Assembly (NCBI GenBank): GCA_947449035.1
Contig: CANFQC010000004.1
Location: forward strand, 20,067-84,066
Origin: Actinomycetota bacterium
GTDB taxonomy: Bacteria; Actinomycetota; Actinomycetes; S36-B12
DNA: 64,000 nucleotides
Reading direction: 5' to 3'
Shown here: positions 62,914 through 64,000 of the stretch, piece after piece
How the letters are laid out: each line of letters begins with the position of its first letter
Numbering within the stretch: position 1 is the stretch's first letter
The notes under the pieces: model-generated
Seen by the model: the letters and a program-made list of their open reading frames with translations, nothing else
Told to the model about the DNA's origin: nothing
Database searches by the model: none
Translations under genes and position numbers: made by a program

Positions 62914-63945
62914 GTGAACACCACACCCGTTGCCGTCGCCATGCTTGGTGTCGGACGCATCGGCAAGATGCACGCGACACTCGTCGCACGTTCGGTGCCC
63001 GAGACTCGTCTCGTCGCAGTCGCGGATGCTTTTGCAGCCACTGCTACTGAGGTGGGAGCTGATCTCGGTGTTCCAGCACTGACAGTGGCCGAGGTGCTCG
63101 CGCTCCCCGAGGTCGAGGCAGTCGGCGTGTGCACCACCACCGCCACGCACGTCGAGACCATCATTGCCGCGGCTGAGGCTGGCAAGGCGATCATGTGCGA
63201 GAAGCCGATCTCCAATGACATCGCCGATGTCGACCGCGCGCTCGCTGCAGTCAAGGCGAATGGCGTGAAGTTCATGGTCGGCTTCAATCGCCGCTTCGAC
63301 CCTTCGCATGCAGCTGTGCGGAAGGCCGTGATGAACGGAGACATCGGTCAAGTTGAGATCGTGCGCGTCACTTCACGTGATCCCGAGCCACCGCCCATGT
63401 CGTACGTCGCCGGTTCCGGCGGAATGTTCCTTGACATGACCGTGCATGACTTCGACATGGCGCCATTCGTCGCCGGCAGCCCGGTGGTCTCGGTCTACGC
63501 CCAGGGCGCAGTTCGCGTTGACCCAGGCTTTGCCGAGAACGGTGACATCGACACCGCCATCGTCTTGATGACGCACGCCGACGGAACGCTGAGCAGCATC
63601 GACAACAGCCGCCGCGCTGTCTACGGCTACGACCAGCGCGTGGAGGCGTTCGGCAGCTTGGGCATGGTGCAGAGCGACAACGTGCGCCTGAACACCAGCA
63701 CCGTTACCGGTGCGCAAGGCACCGTGGCGCAGCCTCTGGAGAACTGGTTCATCGGTCGTTACCAGGAGGCTTACCGACTTGAGTGGGCTGCGTTCGCGAA
63801 CTACGTACGCGGCGATGGTCCCTCGCCGGTGCCCGGCGATGAAGCACGACTTCCGCTCGTTATTGCGGCTGCTGCCAATCTGAGCATGAACGAGAACCGC
63901 CCCGTGACCATCGCTGAGATGGAGCAGCGCCTCGCGAAAGCCTGA
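62914..63945 (+). CDS. iolG: Inositol 2-dehydrogenase (Gfo/Idh/MocA family)
   Basis: GTG 62914 has AAGAGGAG upstream. It has VAMLGVGRIGKMHA and MCEKP, plus the iol context. Confidence 0.75.
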   Translation: MNTTPVAVAMLGVGRIGKMHATLVARSVPETRLVAVADAFAATATEVGADLGVPALTVAEVLALPEVEAVGVCTTTATHVETIIAAAEAGKAIMCEKPISNDIADVDRALAAVKANGVKFMVGFNRRFDPSHAAVRKAVMNGDIGQVEIVRVTSRDPEPPPMSYVAGSGGMFLDMTVHDFDMAPFVAGSPVVSVYAQGAVRVDPGFAENGDIDTAIVLMTHADGTLSSIDNSRRAVYGYDQRVEAFGSLGMVQSDNVRLNTSTVTGAQGTVAQPLENWFIGRYQEAYRLEWAAFANYVRGDGPSPVPGDEARLPLVIAAAANLSMNENRPVTIAEMEQRLAKA

Positions 63946-63957
63946 GCCCGACAATCA

Positions 63958-63990
63958 CGAAGCCCCCGACCATGGTGGTCGGGGGCTTCG
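63958..63990 (+). terminator. Hairpin terminator after iolG
   Basis: CGAAGCCCCCGACC-ATGGT-GGTCGGGGGCTTCG (14-bp stem), 13 nt after the stop. Confidence 0.7.
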
Positions 63991-64000
63991 TCATGGCATG

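Noticed and set aside
62139-63344. 401-aa minus-strand ORF across iolB and iolG
   Set aside because: It is antisense to two well-supported plus-strand genes (the cupin HRHD motif and the GxGxxG/EKP motifs). Its product is Ala/Arg/Ser/Thr-rich and low in complexity. It is a GC-frame artefact.

Overview
This is a gene-dense, high-GC chromosomal segment. The gene content and protein motifs look like Actinomycetota, probably Micrococcales or Microbacteriaceae; that is a guess from sequence character, not a database hit. I support about 65 protein genes, one tRNA-Ser(UGA), one c-di-AMP (ydaO-type) riboswitch, several GC-rich hairpin terminators, and a few operator-like palindromes and repeats. I found no rRNA, CRISPR array, transposase or integrase.

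Content from left to right:
- Two tightly coupled envelope-glycopolymer operons (1-9468): a GT2, three large polytopic membrane proteins, a sulfotransferase-like P-loop protein, a methyltransferase and an FN3/Cys-rich secreted protein.
- A Gfo/Idh/MocA oxidoreductase, two small secreted proteins and an FAD-linked oxidase.
- Three tandem paralogous HAD phosphatases facing a glycerophosphodiesterase, then a DUF5926/SEC-C protein.
- A Phd-PIN toxin-antitoxin pair.
- A fasciclin gene divergent from a sigK-rskA-like ECF pair.
- A K-channel-like membrane protein with a degenerate selectivity filter.
- A coupled DUF4446-pheA-rmlB-rmlD chain.
- A low-GC3 islet carrying VapBC plus an extra divergent RHH gene.
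- apt, a 7-TM double PQ-loop (SWEET-like) protein, a Cof-type HAD and serS.
- The hut regulon (hutU-hutI-hutH divergent from an IclR regulator and hutG), followed by a SET-domain protein, a GH88-like lipoprotein, PhzF, Qor and TauE.
- folP-gpgS.
- A two-component-system-linked envelope cassette: PepSY/His-rich protein, Q-rich anchored protein, ApbE, a di-haem ferric-reductase-domain protein and a degenerate MoeA.
- A riboswitch-controlled NlpC/P60 hydrolase, a GT4, an orphan TrpB2, an acetolactate-decarboxylase-like gene, a nucleosidase and a flippase.
- A low-GC DUF3800-like islet.
- tRNA-Ser, a CrtO-like gene, a 2 x 60-bp tandem repeat, an ADH and a shikimate-dehydrogenase-like gene.
- The start of an iol operon (iolC, aldolase, iolB, iolG).

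The best candidate for an uncharacterised system is the TCS-linked ApbE / ferric-reductase-domain / PepSY cassette at 42.5-48.8 kb. It has no recognisable flavinylation substrate.

All functional calls come from motif recognition by eye and gene context. No searches were run.
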